DNA of 62,108 nucleotides, filler included, from Fonticula-like sp. SCN 57-25 (Eukaryota): NCBI GenBank assembly GCA_001724245.1. It is 9 parts of 9 records of this genome, joined end to end, with 100 filler letters (N's around TTAATTAATTAA, not from the genome) between each part and the next. Parts side by side here need not be neighbours in the genome. Positions count along the whole stretch, not along the records: positions 1 to 6,226 come from MEDX01000470.1; positions 6,327 to 12,545 come from MEDX01000471.1; 7 more parts are not named here. One strand, given 5' to 3'. Positions 1 to 11,377 of the stretch are shown piece by piece (the first letter of the stretch is position 1; each line of letters opens with the position of its first letter). The position numbers were made by a program, and so were the translations under genes. Under the pieces are notes generated by a model. The model ran no database searches, was not told where the DNA came from, and saw only the letters and a program-made list of their open reading frames with translations.

Positions 1-2107
1 CTTTCGCACCTTTCGAAATTTCCCGCCACTACTGGACTGCTCACCGCCCTCCTCAGCGACCCCGACGACGAGCTCCCCACGAGGCTGCTGCTGCTCCCGC
101 TCGACGACGCCCCCATCCCAAAGTACCCCAGAATCCCACCCCCGACTCCACCCCCGATTCCACCCCCACCTGAACCGGCGCTTTTCGGCGCGCCGGCGGG
201 TCCGACGCCGACGCTCGCGCTGACCGCGTTGAGCGTGTCAAAGAGGCCGGCAAGCTCGAGAAGGCTCGTTTGCGACGAAATTGCGCTCTTCATGAGCTCG
301 ATAATGAGGCTTTTCGAGTGGCGGCGGCGGAGCATAAATTCGAGGTAGGCCTGGCGTTGAGGGAGGTGCTGCTGAAAGACGGGGAGGTGGAGCGAGACGG
401 ACATGACTTGGCCGGCGGTGGCGGAGACGAGAAGGGGGTTGGAAAAGGCCTGGAAGACGGCGCCATCTGAGAGAAATGGGAAAGTGGTCAGAAAAAGTGA
501 GGAAAAGTGGGGCAAAAGTGGTCGAAAAGTGGTAAAAAGTGGTCAAAAAACAACCAAAAAGTGACAAAATAAGGCATAAAAAGTTGAAAAACAACCAAAA
601 ATTGACACATTGCGTCCATCGTTAAATCAAAAAACAACACAAAACTTTCGTTCGTACATCTATCGGGGACTGCCGTGATCTTGTCGCCGACGCGAACCGC
701 CCACGGCATCATCATCATTGTGACAGGCTTGTTGGTATCCATGGCACGGATATCATACAAGATGGACTTTTTGGCGATGCTGTCGTGCACGACAAGCAAA
801 TTGTCGACCACATTCAAGTGAAGGTGCGACGCGAGTGACGTAATCGATGTCGTCACACTATATGCAGAGTCAGCAAAAGAAAAAGTAATGGGAAAGGAGG
901 CGCACGAAAAGGGCCGCGAGGGGGGGATCGCGATCCGGAAGCGGCGGATCACCTTGTCGCGCGTGATCTGGTAGAGGACAAGCTCGGGTGTTGCAGAGCG
1001 GCACATCAAATGGACGCAGTAAATGCGGCGGTACCTGTTTTAAAGGGTGTTAAAATACGTTAGGCTCATCGTGCATGTGCGATGCGATGCGTACAAGAGG
1101 CAGAGCTGGATCTCGTACTGCTCCAACTTGATCTGCTTGTTGAGTGCGCTGTCGGCCGTGACGCCGCTCAGCGAGATTTCGCACTTGGGAAGGCGGTTGA
1201 AGGAGAGCTTGTCCATGTGGAAGAGCTGCAGCGTCGCGCAGTTTTTCTCGGTCGCGCAGGCGACAATGTGCGATGAGGGCTGGCGCATCATTAGAAAACG
1301 GCGTAAAAATGCACAATTGGACTCAAAAACGGCACAAAAACATTCCAAAAACGTATTTTTTTCCTATCAAAAACTGCCAATTTGCGTACCAAATAGCGGT
1401 ACCAGCCCATAGGGCCGCCGCCCGACTTTACAAACTTGGTCGTCTGCGCGATTGCGTTGACGTTAAAGATCTCCATGCCCAGCGTGCTCATGACGAGCAA
1501 GTGCTGCGCGTCGAGCCACGCAAAGCCCAGGATCGCATTCGACGGCTTGTTGTTCTTTAGCGTGAGGGAGAACGAGACGCCCTCGCGGGTAATGAGATCC
1601 TGCAGGTTGCGCGTTAGCAATCAGGATCACAGAGAAATCGGCCACGCTCAGCCACTATTTTCGCCCAAATGCGTACAAGTTTGATAGGGTCCCGTTCCGG
1701 CGCGCGCTGCAGCGCGAGCACCGACAAGTCAGGCGACATTCTCGTAAAGGTCACCACGCCCTTGTTCCCGATCCTGCGCGTGATTCCGTTAGCACATGCT
1801 CTTGCCGCACGAACGATTTCCCCATATCCACCCCACTGCGTGGGCCCGCTTCCGCGCCGATCACGTACCGAATAAGGATGTCGCGGGATCCGTCCGGCGC
1901 GACGACGCGCACGTCCATGTTGGCGTGCACAACGTACACCAGGCGCCCAGTCTCGTCGACATCGACGGCGGAATCAAACGAGTTGAACGAAACGGACGTC
2001 GAGTTCAACAAGAGATACTCGAGACCCGTTGTTGACGCTGCGGCTGCAGAGGGCGCCGCCGATGCGCCCGTCGACGGGGCCGCCATCGCCGCGGCTGCCG
2101 ACATCAT
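1..2107 (-). CDS. RMC1: Regulator of MON1-CCZ1 complex (C18orf8/Mic1 family), multi-exon, 3' truncated at window edge
   Basis: Exons give MSAAAAMAAP...LEYLLLNSTSVSF, ILGFAWLDAQHLLVMSTLGMEIF, and HLHLNVVDNLLVVHDSIAKKSILYDIR, which matches the RMC1 LNVVDNLVVVHH motif; GT-AG introns. Confidence 0.8.
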
Positions 2108-2348
2108 GACGCTCCTGCCGTGAAAACACAAAAACGTCTCTGACTGAACCACCGATTCTGATACAGAAATTCCATCCAATCCCAACTAAAACATTCATTG
2201 ATGCGAGACGATTTCCGCGCATGGCGCGTCAACAGGATGACACTGTTTTCATTATATTGTAAACGTTTACTACAGTGGCGGCCCGCGGCATTCCCGCTGC
2301 CCTACATTGACGCCTATCCTGCTTCTGAAAGAGCTACCATCTCGCTCT

Positions 2349-4441
2349 TTAGAGCTTGGCCTTGCCCGAGATGATGTTGGTGAGCTCGGCCGGGCCGAAC
2401 GGCTCGTACGTCTTGGTCGCAAAGTTGAACATGAAGAGCGGATCCTTGACCTTGTGCACGTCGATGCCCTCGGCGCGCAGCTCGACCTCTACGCAAAGAA
2501 CACAAAAGTTAGAATATAAAATAAAAGTAAACGAATTCACGCACTTCTATGCTTGAATGTGCCGGTGAGCTCCATCCTACCGTCGCGAACATGTTAGCCA
2601 TCAGCATCAAACCACGTTCAAGAGATCGCACTCGGGCAGCAGCCTCAAAAAGATGGGCACCGCGTAGCTAGGCAGCTGCTTGGCGACGTGCGCGCCGAGC
2701 GCCTTGAGGTCGACCTTCTTGCCCGGGAGCATGACGATCGCGGCCATACCCGCGCGGCCGTCCTTGCCGGGGATCTCGACACCGTACACGTTGGCCTCCT
2801 GGATCCCCTCGACGGCGGCGACAACCTCAGCAACCTCGTTGGTGCTGACGTTCTCGCCCTTCCATCTGAAGGTATCACCGATGCGGTCGACAAAGAAGAA
2901 GAATCCGTTCTCGTCGCGCCTGAGGAGATCGCCCGAGCGGAACCACTTGTCGCCCTTGACGAACGCGTCGCTGAGCACCTTCTTGGCCGAGCCCTCCTTG
3001 TTGCCGTAGTACCCGCCAAAGTCCTTGAGCGGGTCGGTCGAGTCGATGATGCCGATCATCTCGCCGACCTCGTTGGGCCCGCACGGGATGCAGCGGCCGC
3101 TCTTGTCGCGCACGATCTCCTCCGTCTCGACATTGAAGCGCACAATCTGGACGGGGTTGGCCTTGTGGAGCAGGTAGCCCATGTGGCCGACGGCGCCCTG
3201 GCCAAAGCCGCTGCGGTCGACGCGATTGAACAGGCTGCAGTTGCCCTCGGTCGACGCGTAAAACTCGCCAATCTCGGGGATGTTGAAGCGCTCCTGGAAC
3301 TTGCCCCAGATGTCGGGGCGAAGGCCGTTGCCGATGCCGATGCGCAGCGAGTGCGCGCGGTCGGCGTCGCTCGGCTCGGTCGCCATCAGGTAGCGGCACA
3401 GCTCGCCAATGTACTGGAAGACGGTCGCCTTGCTCTCGCGCGCGTCCTTGAAGAACGACGACGCGCTAAACTTGCGGTACAGAATCATCGTCGCGCCAGA
3501 GTAGATCAGCATGCCAGCGCCAATCATGCCGCCAGCGCTGTGGTACAGCGGAAGCACAGTCATGATGCGGTCGGCGGGCGTCAGGTCGTAGAGGTTGCTA
3601 AAGGCGGCGGCGGCGGTGAAGAAGCGCGCGTGCTTGATGACGGCGGCCTTGGGGAGGCCGGTCGTGCCGCTCGTGTAGACAAAGCCCCACGGGTCGATGG
3701 CGCGCGTGCCCTTGCGGAGCGCCTTGTCGATCGAGGCATCGCTCAGGCCGGCAGAGGCCTCCAAAAGGTTGGAGGCAAAGGGGGCAGAGCCATCGAGATC
3801 GACAAAGGAGATGCGGCCGGAAAACTCGGCCTGGATGTCGGCAACGGGCTCGACGAGGGAGTGGTTGAAAACGACGACAGTCGCGTTCGAGATCGTCAGG
3901 CAGTGAGCAAGAGACTTGCCTGAGCGCGGATCGTGTTAGACGTGCGCAATCAACAGTGCCAGCGAATGACGTACCGACCAGGTTGTAGTTGATGAACGCA
4001 GTGACACCGCCGAGCTTGGAGACGGCGATCCACACGGCAAAGAACTCGGGGCGGTTCTCCATGTTGAGCGCCACGACGGTGCCCTTGGCGACACCCTTGG
4101 ACTGAAGGTAGCGCGCGAACTTGTTCGACAGCTTTTCAATGTCGAGGAAGGTGTACGTGCGGTTCTCAAAGATGACCATCGGGCGCTTGGCGTTGGCCTT
4201 GAGGGTCGACTCCCACATGTCAATGGCGCTCCACTCGCCCTTCATGATGCGGCGAATACTATGCCATCAGTGTGAGCGCGGGATTACCAATGCCGCCATC
4301 AGCGATCACGCACCCGAGCTTGACGTGGGCCAGGCGGCGAATGTTGCCAATGTCGCGCGAAAGCGACAGGCGGCGGTCAACATAGTCGGCCACAAGCACG
4401 GCCGAGCCGGCCGCGGCAAACGCAGTCGCAGTCCCCACCAT
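2349..4441 (-). CDS. Fatty acid transport protein / very-long-chain acyl-CoA synthetase (SLC27A/FAT1 family), multi-exon
   Basis: YTSGTTGLPKAA AMP-binding motif, FQYIGELCRYL, DRIGDTFRWKGENVSTNEV FATP signature; ends SGKAKL*. Confidence 0.95.
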
Positions 4442-5393
4442 TCTCTCTGTTGTGCCTCGCCTGGAAAGGAGCGGGGCGGGACAGGAGACTACAGGATTGC
4501 AGCAGGCGTGTCACGATTGATCATCATGCGAGTCACGTGATGAGACGCGATTTTTGGGTGATTTAGCCTTGTACGGCAAGCTTTTGGTATATGTTTTGGT
4601 GGACAAAAGCAAGCAAATAAAAGGTGAAAGAGTGCATATGGTATGGGCAAAAAATCTAGGCATAACGAGCATGATTCATATTTTTGATGTTTTACAAGTG
4701 TTTGTATAGCCATAGTCTTTCAAATGTATGATTGCTAGTACTCTACTTCAAACAATACTTGAGAAAAGGATGTTCGGGCTCTGACGCTAGCTGTGCATTC
4801 AAGCGCAGAACAGCATTAAGCTATGACCGTAAACATCCTAGAAAACATGTTACATGCTTTATTGAGTACGAGTATGCTCACGGCGGACATCATTTTCACC
4901 ATTTTGACACACCCTCAAGAATGGACGGTTCATTCTCCGAGTTTTCAACGGGATTGTTCATGAGAAAAATAGGCGCATTAGACGGTTAGACCAGTAGACC
5001 AATGACCATTGACCAATGACCGTACTGTACTGTATCCGTACTGTATCAGGGACATTGTCACGCTGGCAAACGTGTAAACAGCAAAATGTGATACCTATGT
5101 ACGTGCGCTGGGCGTCAAATGCGAGGCGAAACGGACGGCGGCAAGGACGAGTGGGTGCCATTGAGAATCAGGTCTAGACTTTTTTGTGCGTTCTAAAGTA
5201 TTTTTTCTACGTAGTTACGAAAAAGAACTGTAATAATATTATATTAATTCGGTCAATCCACTTGTGATACGCTCGAAATACGCCGCGCAGTCAATAGGGA
5301 CGACCTTGTCCCAACGATAAAAATCAGCACGGGACAATGCTGAAACATGTAATTGCAACAAATAACCGCGAATACAACAGTACAATGAGGCGT

Positions 5394-5968
5394 TCATCTC
5401 AAGGAGATAATTGCGAAAAGCGCCGCCACAATTGCACACAGCGACAGGAACGTCACTGCGATGACGCTGAACCGGTTCGTCTCAAACTTGGACTGAGCCC
5501 TGCGTTAACAACGGCCGCAATACAAAAAGGTAAAGAGAGCGCACCTGCTGAAGAAGGTGCATGATGCGGAAGTAGCGGAACGTGGCGACGCCGAGGAAGA
5601 GCATGCCGAGGATGACGAACAGGTAGCCAACAACGACGGCGGCGCCCGTCACGATGAGCTGCTCAATGGCAATGCCGATGGCAGTCACGCTGAGCGAGGT
5701 CCTAAGCCACGCCAGGTATGTGCGCTCATTTGCTGAAATAAGAACAAGAGTGAGTCGCGTGGCCAACGTGAGCGCGCGGGGGCGTACCAAGATGATCGCG
5801 CGCCGTACTGCCAACGTCATAGCAAACACGCGTCAGTATCCCATGCACATGAGCGGACATTCCACAGCAGACCACACACGCCAAGCCCCACTATTCGCTC
5901 CCGCAAGCGCACCTTCCTACGTTGTCGAGAGTGACGTCCTTAAAGATCCTCGTCCAGCCGGTCGCCAT
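5394..5968 (-). CDS. DUF202 (YidH/Vtc1-like) small membrane protein, 4 exons
   Basis: Spliced: MATGWTRIFKDVTLDNVG|STARDHL|ANERTYLAWLRTSLS...MHLLQQ|SKFETNRFSVIAVTFLSLCAIVAALFAIISLR*; RDHLANERTxLAWLRT is the DUF202 signature. Confidence 0.85.
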
Positions 5969-6226
5969 TTTCGTGACCAAGTAGCGGAGCAGGGATCCGT
6001 CGGGTTGAAGACTACGGATGATGAAACAGCGTTTTGCGAAAAAACCCGGATTTATACCCGACCCTACCCCACCGTAACATACCCTGACCGACCGTGACCG
6101 ACCGTGACCGACCACAGTGTGAATCAGCACGGCCGTTTACAAAAAGTCTGGGCCAGGATCTGGGGTACAGTTGGGTCTGATTTTGTAATCAATGGATCCC
6201 AGTTTGACCAATCAACGCCTGCCCCG

Positions 6227-6326
6227 NNNNNNNNNNNNNNNNNNNNNNNNNNNNNNNNNNNNNNNNNNNNTTAATTAATTAANNNNNNNNNNNNNNNNNN
6301 NNNNNNNNNNNNNNNNNNNNNNNNNN
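6227..6326. other. Artificial contig spacer (44 N + TTAATTAATTAA + 44 N); identical spacers at 12546-12645, 20255-20354, 26570-26669, 32876-32975, 43290-43389, 49567-49666, 55845-55944
   Basis: Identical 100-nt blocks with stops in all six frames; genes are truncated at them. Confidence 0.99.
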
Positions 6327-6560
6327 CGAGCAGTAGATCCGCACCTCTTTATTCTTTAGCGCGCGGCGTTTCACCGATGCGACGATGACGCGCTCGCCCG
6401 GCGGCACATCCGAGTGCTTCAACTTGGCGAGCGCATCGGCGACGCTGTGCTCTACTTGGATGTCGCGCGTGCTGCTAACGCCAGACGAGGAGAGGTTGAC
6501 GCGCAGCGCGAGCCGCAGCGCATGGCGCGTCGCGTTCTGCACAAACACCTGCGTGACCAT
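6327..6560 (-). CDS. Hypothetical protein, 5' part only (runs into spacer)
   Basis: ATG-initiated ORF MVTQVFVQNATRHALRL... with GC3-rich codons, open to the gap. Confidence 0.4.
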
Positions 6561-6911
6561 GCTGAGATCGGCCTCGATGCCCCCTCCGACGACGTCGGAT
6601 TAATTAGGTGCGTTGTGATTGGTCGCGCAGAATTCAATCAGAATGCCGAACAGCATCATATTCGGCGGCACCAAAGGTATCTGAAAGGCAGCAGGGCAGC
6701 GCCGGCACTGCCACGAGGCAGTGGTCGTTAAGAAAAGCATCATGGCGCACGCGCGGGCGTGGTGCATGTAATCGTGGTGGTACTGTTTTTGGTTTGCCAA
6801 TCAAGATCAAGGTGTGTGAATGCTGAATTGAAACAAATATGTATCATGTACAGAAGGGAGGCAGAGTGGAAACATATGAAAAAAGCAACAATATGGGTGT
6901 CGGAACAGCGC

Positions 6912-7660
6912 CTACATGCTGCTATCAGAGTCGGACTCGGGCTCGGCGTGGTCGTCATTGTCGATGTCATCATCATCCTCGTCGTCGTCTTCAACTGCGG
7001 CGAGTTTCCGGCCGCGCGCCAACGCGTTGCCCACATTATAATGTGCCTTGCGAGCATTTTCAAACTTGGCATGCTTGGCACGCTCTATAGTCGCGTTAGC
7101 ACACGTGGGGGTCGAGCAGCGGGCGGCGGACCTTCGGGGTCGTACTCCTCCTCGTCTTCGTAGTCGTGCGGGTCGGACGAGCCTCCTTCCCACCAACGGC
7201 TGTACACACACACGTACAACAGAGAGACATAACAGATAAAAGAGAGGCGCTCACGTGAGAATGATTGTCTACGGGTAGCGGCAGCGTACGCGTTGGAAGG
7301 CGCGGCCGAGCCGCCTTCATGGTCGCGCTCCATGATGGCCTGCTGAAGCTTTTCGTTGAGCAAGTCAAGCGATGGCAGACCGCCTTGTGTATGGTCGCGC
7401 GCCCCTACCACTTCGTCGCCCTCGGCGTCGTACACGACGAACGGCGTCTTGGGTTCCGTAATCTTCATCGTGCTGTCCTTGCCCGCCTCCGTCACCATGA
7501 TGTTGGCCTCATCCCACAGAATGCCGCGCCTAGCAAACAAAGATAGCACAATTGAGACACAAATGACACAAAGAACACAGTGGCAGTCTACGCACCGCTC
7601 GGATGGGTTTTCCGAGCCGCTATCGCGCGGCTTCTTCAGGATCCCCCTGGGAGCATCCAT
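6912..7660 (-). CDS. PPP1R2: Protein phosphatase 1 inhibitor-2 (IPP-2/Glc8), multi-exon
   Basis: RGILKK (SILK-like), [17 protein letters not shown] and [10 protein letters not shown] motifs; acidic tail. Confidence 0.9.
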
Positions 7661-7918
7661 CGTCCACGTGGTCGTATGTGGCACAGCGATGTTTGGGGCA
7701 GAATCTTTGGTGCGACATTGGCAAGCCAAAGAGCGCGGTATGCGTGCGTCAATATGTCTTTATCCCACAAGCTTTGGCCAGTGCAGCGCATTATAATATC
7801 GCTTTCGCATTCCTACGAGCGCTACGTCATGCGTTCTACCATTTGTGGCACGCCGCTGCCAAAATCTGAGGTGAATGGCACAGCGTCGCATACTTATCCC
7901 AATACATTAAACAAAAAA

Positions 7919-8534
7919 TTAGCGGCCAATTTGGTTCGCTTTCCGCATAAGCAAATACAAATTCATTCCAAGCTCAATCCCCTCGACGTGGCGAGCGTCG
8001 CCACGTAGGCTCATCAGGAGGCCGCCAAACGATGTGCAAACGGTCCTAGATATCAATTGTAAGGAACCAGTCATGAAGATCAGAGCGACGTACACTTTGT
8101 TGCCCGCCTCTTCGTACTTGTAAACGCGGCCATACATCGCGTACTCGTAGTCATCAAGGATGGTTCGCCTATTGGTTTGGTCGTACGTGCCAGCATCGGC
8201 CGATCCGTCGACGTTGACCTTTCAGAGCAAGCGCAGCAGAGATTAGCCGAGAATACCCTATAAAGTAAACCACGTACCGTGCGCGTCAAGGCAAGAAGAA
8301 CCTTTTCCATCGGCTGAAGAGGGTAGAGCTCAGAATTCACATCGAGAACAATGTCCATTTCAAAGTTTTCGCTGCGGGCAACAATGCGGGTAACTGTCGC
8401 GGGCAAGCAAATCGGCGTCAGCCACGCAATGATGAAAGCCAAAACGAAATCGAACCTTTGTCAAAAGGCTTGCCCTCGGGATCTACCTCCTTGATGTCGC
8501 AAAAGTCCTCGAAAAGCGTTTCGCGCGTCGCCAT
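7919..8534 (-). CDS. RPB8: RNA polymerase I/II/III shared subunit RPABC3, multi-exon
   Basis: MATRETLFEDFCDIKEVDPEGKPFDK|VTRI...LDVNSELYP...DDYEYAMYGRVYKY...SFGGLLMSLRGD...YLLMRK. Confidence 0.95.
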
Positions 8535-8677
8535 CCTCTGTTTTTTTCACCTCGGCACGAGGTCGGTCGAAACGAACGCAAACTGACCGCAAGTTTGCAT
8601 CTTCTAATCATCTTTGGCAGATCTTTGGACCACCGGCCTACGGGCCTAGCAAGCATCAGATTGCCCTCGACTTTATT

Positions 8678-9182
8678 ATGGAGACGGGGCTCTTAGGTAC
8701 CTTGCGCGACGTGTGGCCGACCGTGTTATTCATATTTTTTATAGAAACGTCGTTTTGGTTTGTGGTGGTCGCCATGTTGTGGGGTGCGACGAACCCGTTC
8801 ATCAAGCGAGGAAGCGCGGGCGTCGAGTCGATCACGGGCAGCAATCGTTTCACTGTGGCGATCAAGAGCGCCCTATACCTTTTGACGCGTTGGCAGGTGC
8901 GAGGACTTTGTGCCTTATATCTGCGATAGCTGACGCTTGCTCCAGTACGTGGTGCCTCTCGGCATCAACCTGTGCGGGTCGACGGTGTACTACTACACGC
9001 TGGGTCACGCCCAGCTGTCGCTGGCGGTGCCCATTACAAACTTTTTGACTTTTGTGTTCACGGCGCTGGCGGGCCAGTTGCTAGGGGAGCGCATTGAGAG
9101 GCCGGCCGAGGCGTACGCGGGCATGGCGCTGGTGGTCCTTGGTGTTGCCCTGTGCGTTTCCGCATCCCTGGAGGCTCACTGA
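8678..9182 (+). CDS. TMEM234: TMEM234-family membrane protein, multi-exon
   Basis: VAMLWGATNPFIKRGS and YVVPLGINLCGSTVYYYTLGHAQLSLAVPITNFLTFVFTALAG signatures. Confidence 0.9.
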
Positions 9183-9352
9183 GCAGGCACACTAAGCGGC
9201 AATGTCTATTTGTTTTTATGTGTATAATAAAGTCTATCCTGTTACAACGGTATCTACCTTGTCTACCTGGAACTTGATATTGACACACTCGTCGTGTCGG
9301 CACGGCGAGGATCTAAGCAGCTGACGCCTCATCGACGCGGATCCCAGTCACA

Positions 9353-9557
9353 TTACACGTTCCTGGGCTTCACGATGAGTTCCTTTTCGCGCGGCCACAT
9401 GAGCCAGGCGCCGAATCCCACGAGTGCCTACGCGTGAACGTCAGCCAAATTGCACAAAAAAGCCAAAAAACTAAAGCCGTACGGCGCCTGCGAGGTACTG
9501 CATGCTGCGGTCGCGGGGCTTGTGAGAGACCTCACTTCCAATGTTGCGCGCCGACAT
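9353..9557 (-). CDS. Putative 49-aa single-TM microprotein, 2 exons (intron 9428-9482)
   Basis: MSARNIGSEVSHKPRDRSMQYLAGA|ALVGFGAWLMWPREKELIVKPRNV*; 55-nt intron GTACGG...GCTGAC...TAG joins in frame. Confidence 0.6.
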
Positions 9558-9848
9558 GCGGGCTAAGGGCTGGGCTAGGCGTGGAGCAAACATGATTTTC
9601 CCAGTTTAATTGTCTTGCTGACGAGGTGTGTGTGTGTGTGTGTGGTTGTTCGTGTTGTGCGGTCGAAAAGGACGTGTGGACGCTCTTTATACCGACGAGG
9701 CCGCTGACGTCAGTCGCATCAATGCTGCCGAAACAGCCTGACGCGTGTTTCAACATGTTTCAGTGCGACGCAAAGGGTCCACGAGCATTGTAATCGTAGT
9801 ACATTGGTATTCTGGAATTAAAATGGTATCAAACATACGGCTACAAAA

Positions 9849-11140
9849 TTAATGCGCAGAGAACATGCGGGCCATGATGATGGTCATGGCGAGCTCCTTT
9901 GGCATGCCGTCGGTGAACTGAAGCCACCTCTCGAGCATCTCGCGCCGATCGTCGTCCGAGTGGTCGTCGAGGAACGTCCGATGGAAACCGCGCTCCATCA
10001 GCGCCTCGTGCACATCGTCGTCGCTGAGGCGGTCGAGCGACATGTTGCGGATGCGCTACGGCGCGTAAGACAAAGGAAAAAATGCGCAGCAGTGGCGTAC
10101 GTCGTCGTCCTGAAGGATGAATTGCAGGTCATTGGGCAGCTTGGAGCCGGGGAAAGCGATGGCGGGGTGGCCGATAAGCTTTGCACAGCGCTGCTGCTGC
10201 GTCCAATTGAGGTTGTTGATCGTCCAGACGTGCTGAACGAGCGCCTTTAGGGGCTCCGTCTGCAGGTGCTCATAAAGAACGCCATTGGGGCTCGCGTGCT
10301 GCGGCGTATTCAGCACAATGCATTCACCCAAATATGCCAAAAGCGCACGAGTGAGCAGATGTTTTGCCACGCGTTGCGAAGCCGGTTGTCGATCCCGTCG
10401 TCGGGCATTCCCGTCTGGACGTTGATCGTCTCGCTGACATCGTCAATGACCTGCTTGGCGAGCGCGCGCTGCTGCTCGAGCGTGCCTTCCGCCAACACCT
10501 ACAAAACAAATGAGCAAAACATACAAATGACCAAGGTAAAGTACCTTTTGCTCCGGGCTAAGGAAGGTTTTCGGAAGCAAGTTTGGGAATTTAACGATCA
10601 TGATGGGCAAGAGAACAGCCGACGCCGGGAGCGCCATCACGATAAAAAACGGAACGAGCGCCAGTATATCCTGTCTATTTCTACGCTAATTATGTTGGCA
10701 ACACACTTCTACGCTACTGTACGCTACTGCTGCTAGTGCACGCCACTAGAGAGGTAGGGATGCACGAGGGAGCGTACCGGCGAACGTGAAGCAGATCGCT
10801 ACGCGACGGAGAGTGATTGCTACGCTGAATGTCGTATGTTTTGCGCGTGTCGCGGTAGAGATCCGTAGCTCCGTTTTTCTAGGCAGAGCGTCAGATGCTG
10901 CCAAGCCAGGCTCAGCGCACTCACCAAGTTGACGAGTAATTTGCGCGTCTCCTCAATGAGCTTGTCCATCGTGCTGTGCTGGCCCTCACCGTGCGGCCGG
11001 CTACCAGCGGCCGACGGGTTGCCGCGCTCCCTAAGCAGAACGGGCGACGCTTTGAAGGAGCCTGCCGCAAACGAGCGCATCACCACCCTAGCGGGCTGGT
11101 CCGCCCGGCGGACGAGCATGTGACGAGCGATGCCGAACAT
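9849..11140 (-). CDS. LETM1-domain mitochondrial protein (LETMD1-like), multi-exon
   Basis: Presequence-like N-terminus; RQDILALVPFFIVMALPASAVLLPIMIVKFPNLLPKTF matches the LETM1 TM motif; C-terminal LDRLSDDDVHEALMERG...LERWLQF. Confidence 0.8.
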
Positions 11141-11330
11141 GAGGTGCGAGAGAACTGAGACACCTCACTGCAGGCAAAACACTACCTGAGGCGACGCTGA
11201 CGAAAGATGTGCGACACCCCCAGGTAGAAAAAGGGAGGCAAGGGGAAGCACCGGCAGGGCGGAGGCGGCGGTGCTCGCCCACACGTGAGTGATGACGTAA
11301 GCTTGGTGGCGATACGGTTGCGCCACTTGA

Positions 11331-11348
11331 TTTGGCGCGCATTTTGAA
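11331..11348 (+). promoter_or_regulatory. Putative E2F/CDE + CHR tandem element upstream of FANCD2
   Basis: TTTGGCGCGCATTTTGAA: GGCGC, 4-nt spacer, TTTGAA, about 30 nt before the ATG. Confidence 0.45.
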
Positions 11349-11377
11349 TTGCACGACTCGCGGCAAGGGGCACGACG

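Noticed and set aside
12-27. TTCGAA + TTTCCCGCC E2F/CHR-like motif
   Set aside because: Appears to lie within the RMC1 gene body at the window edge, not in a promoter
2688-3923. Long antisense ORFs (411 aa here; also 55897-57132, 40773-41621, 53551-54207)
   Set aside because: Shadow frames caused by high GC3 of the real genes on the opposite strand
4540-5390. AT-rich 0.8-kb gap with small ORFs
   Set aside because: No codon bias, splice pattern, RNA gene or terminal repeats recognisable
6083-6113. Short tandem repeat (ACCGTGACCG) about 3 copies
   Set aside because: No spacers and too short to be CRISPR or telomeric; simple slippage repeat
6227-6326. Regularly recurring TTAATTAATTAA palindrome flanked by Ns (repeat- or CRISPR-like periodicity)
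   Set aside because: Artificial six-frame-stop contig linker, not biological
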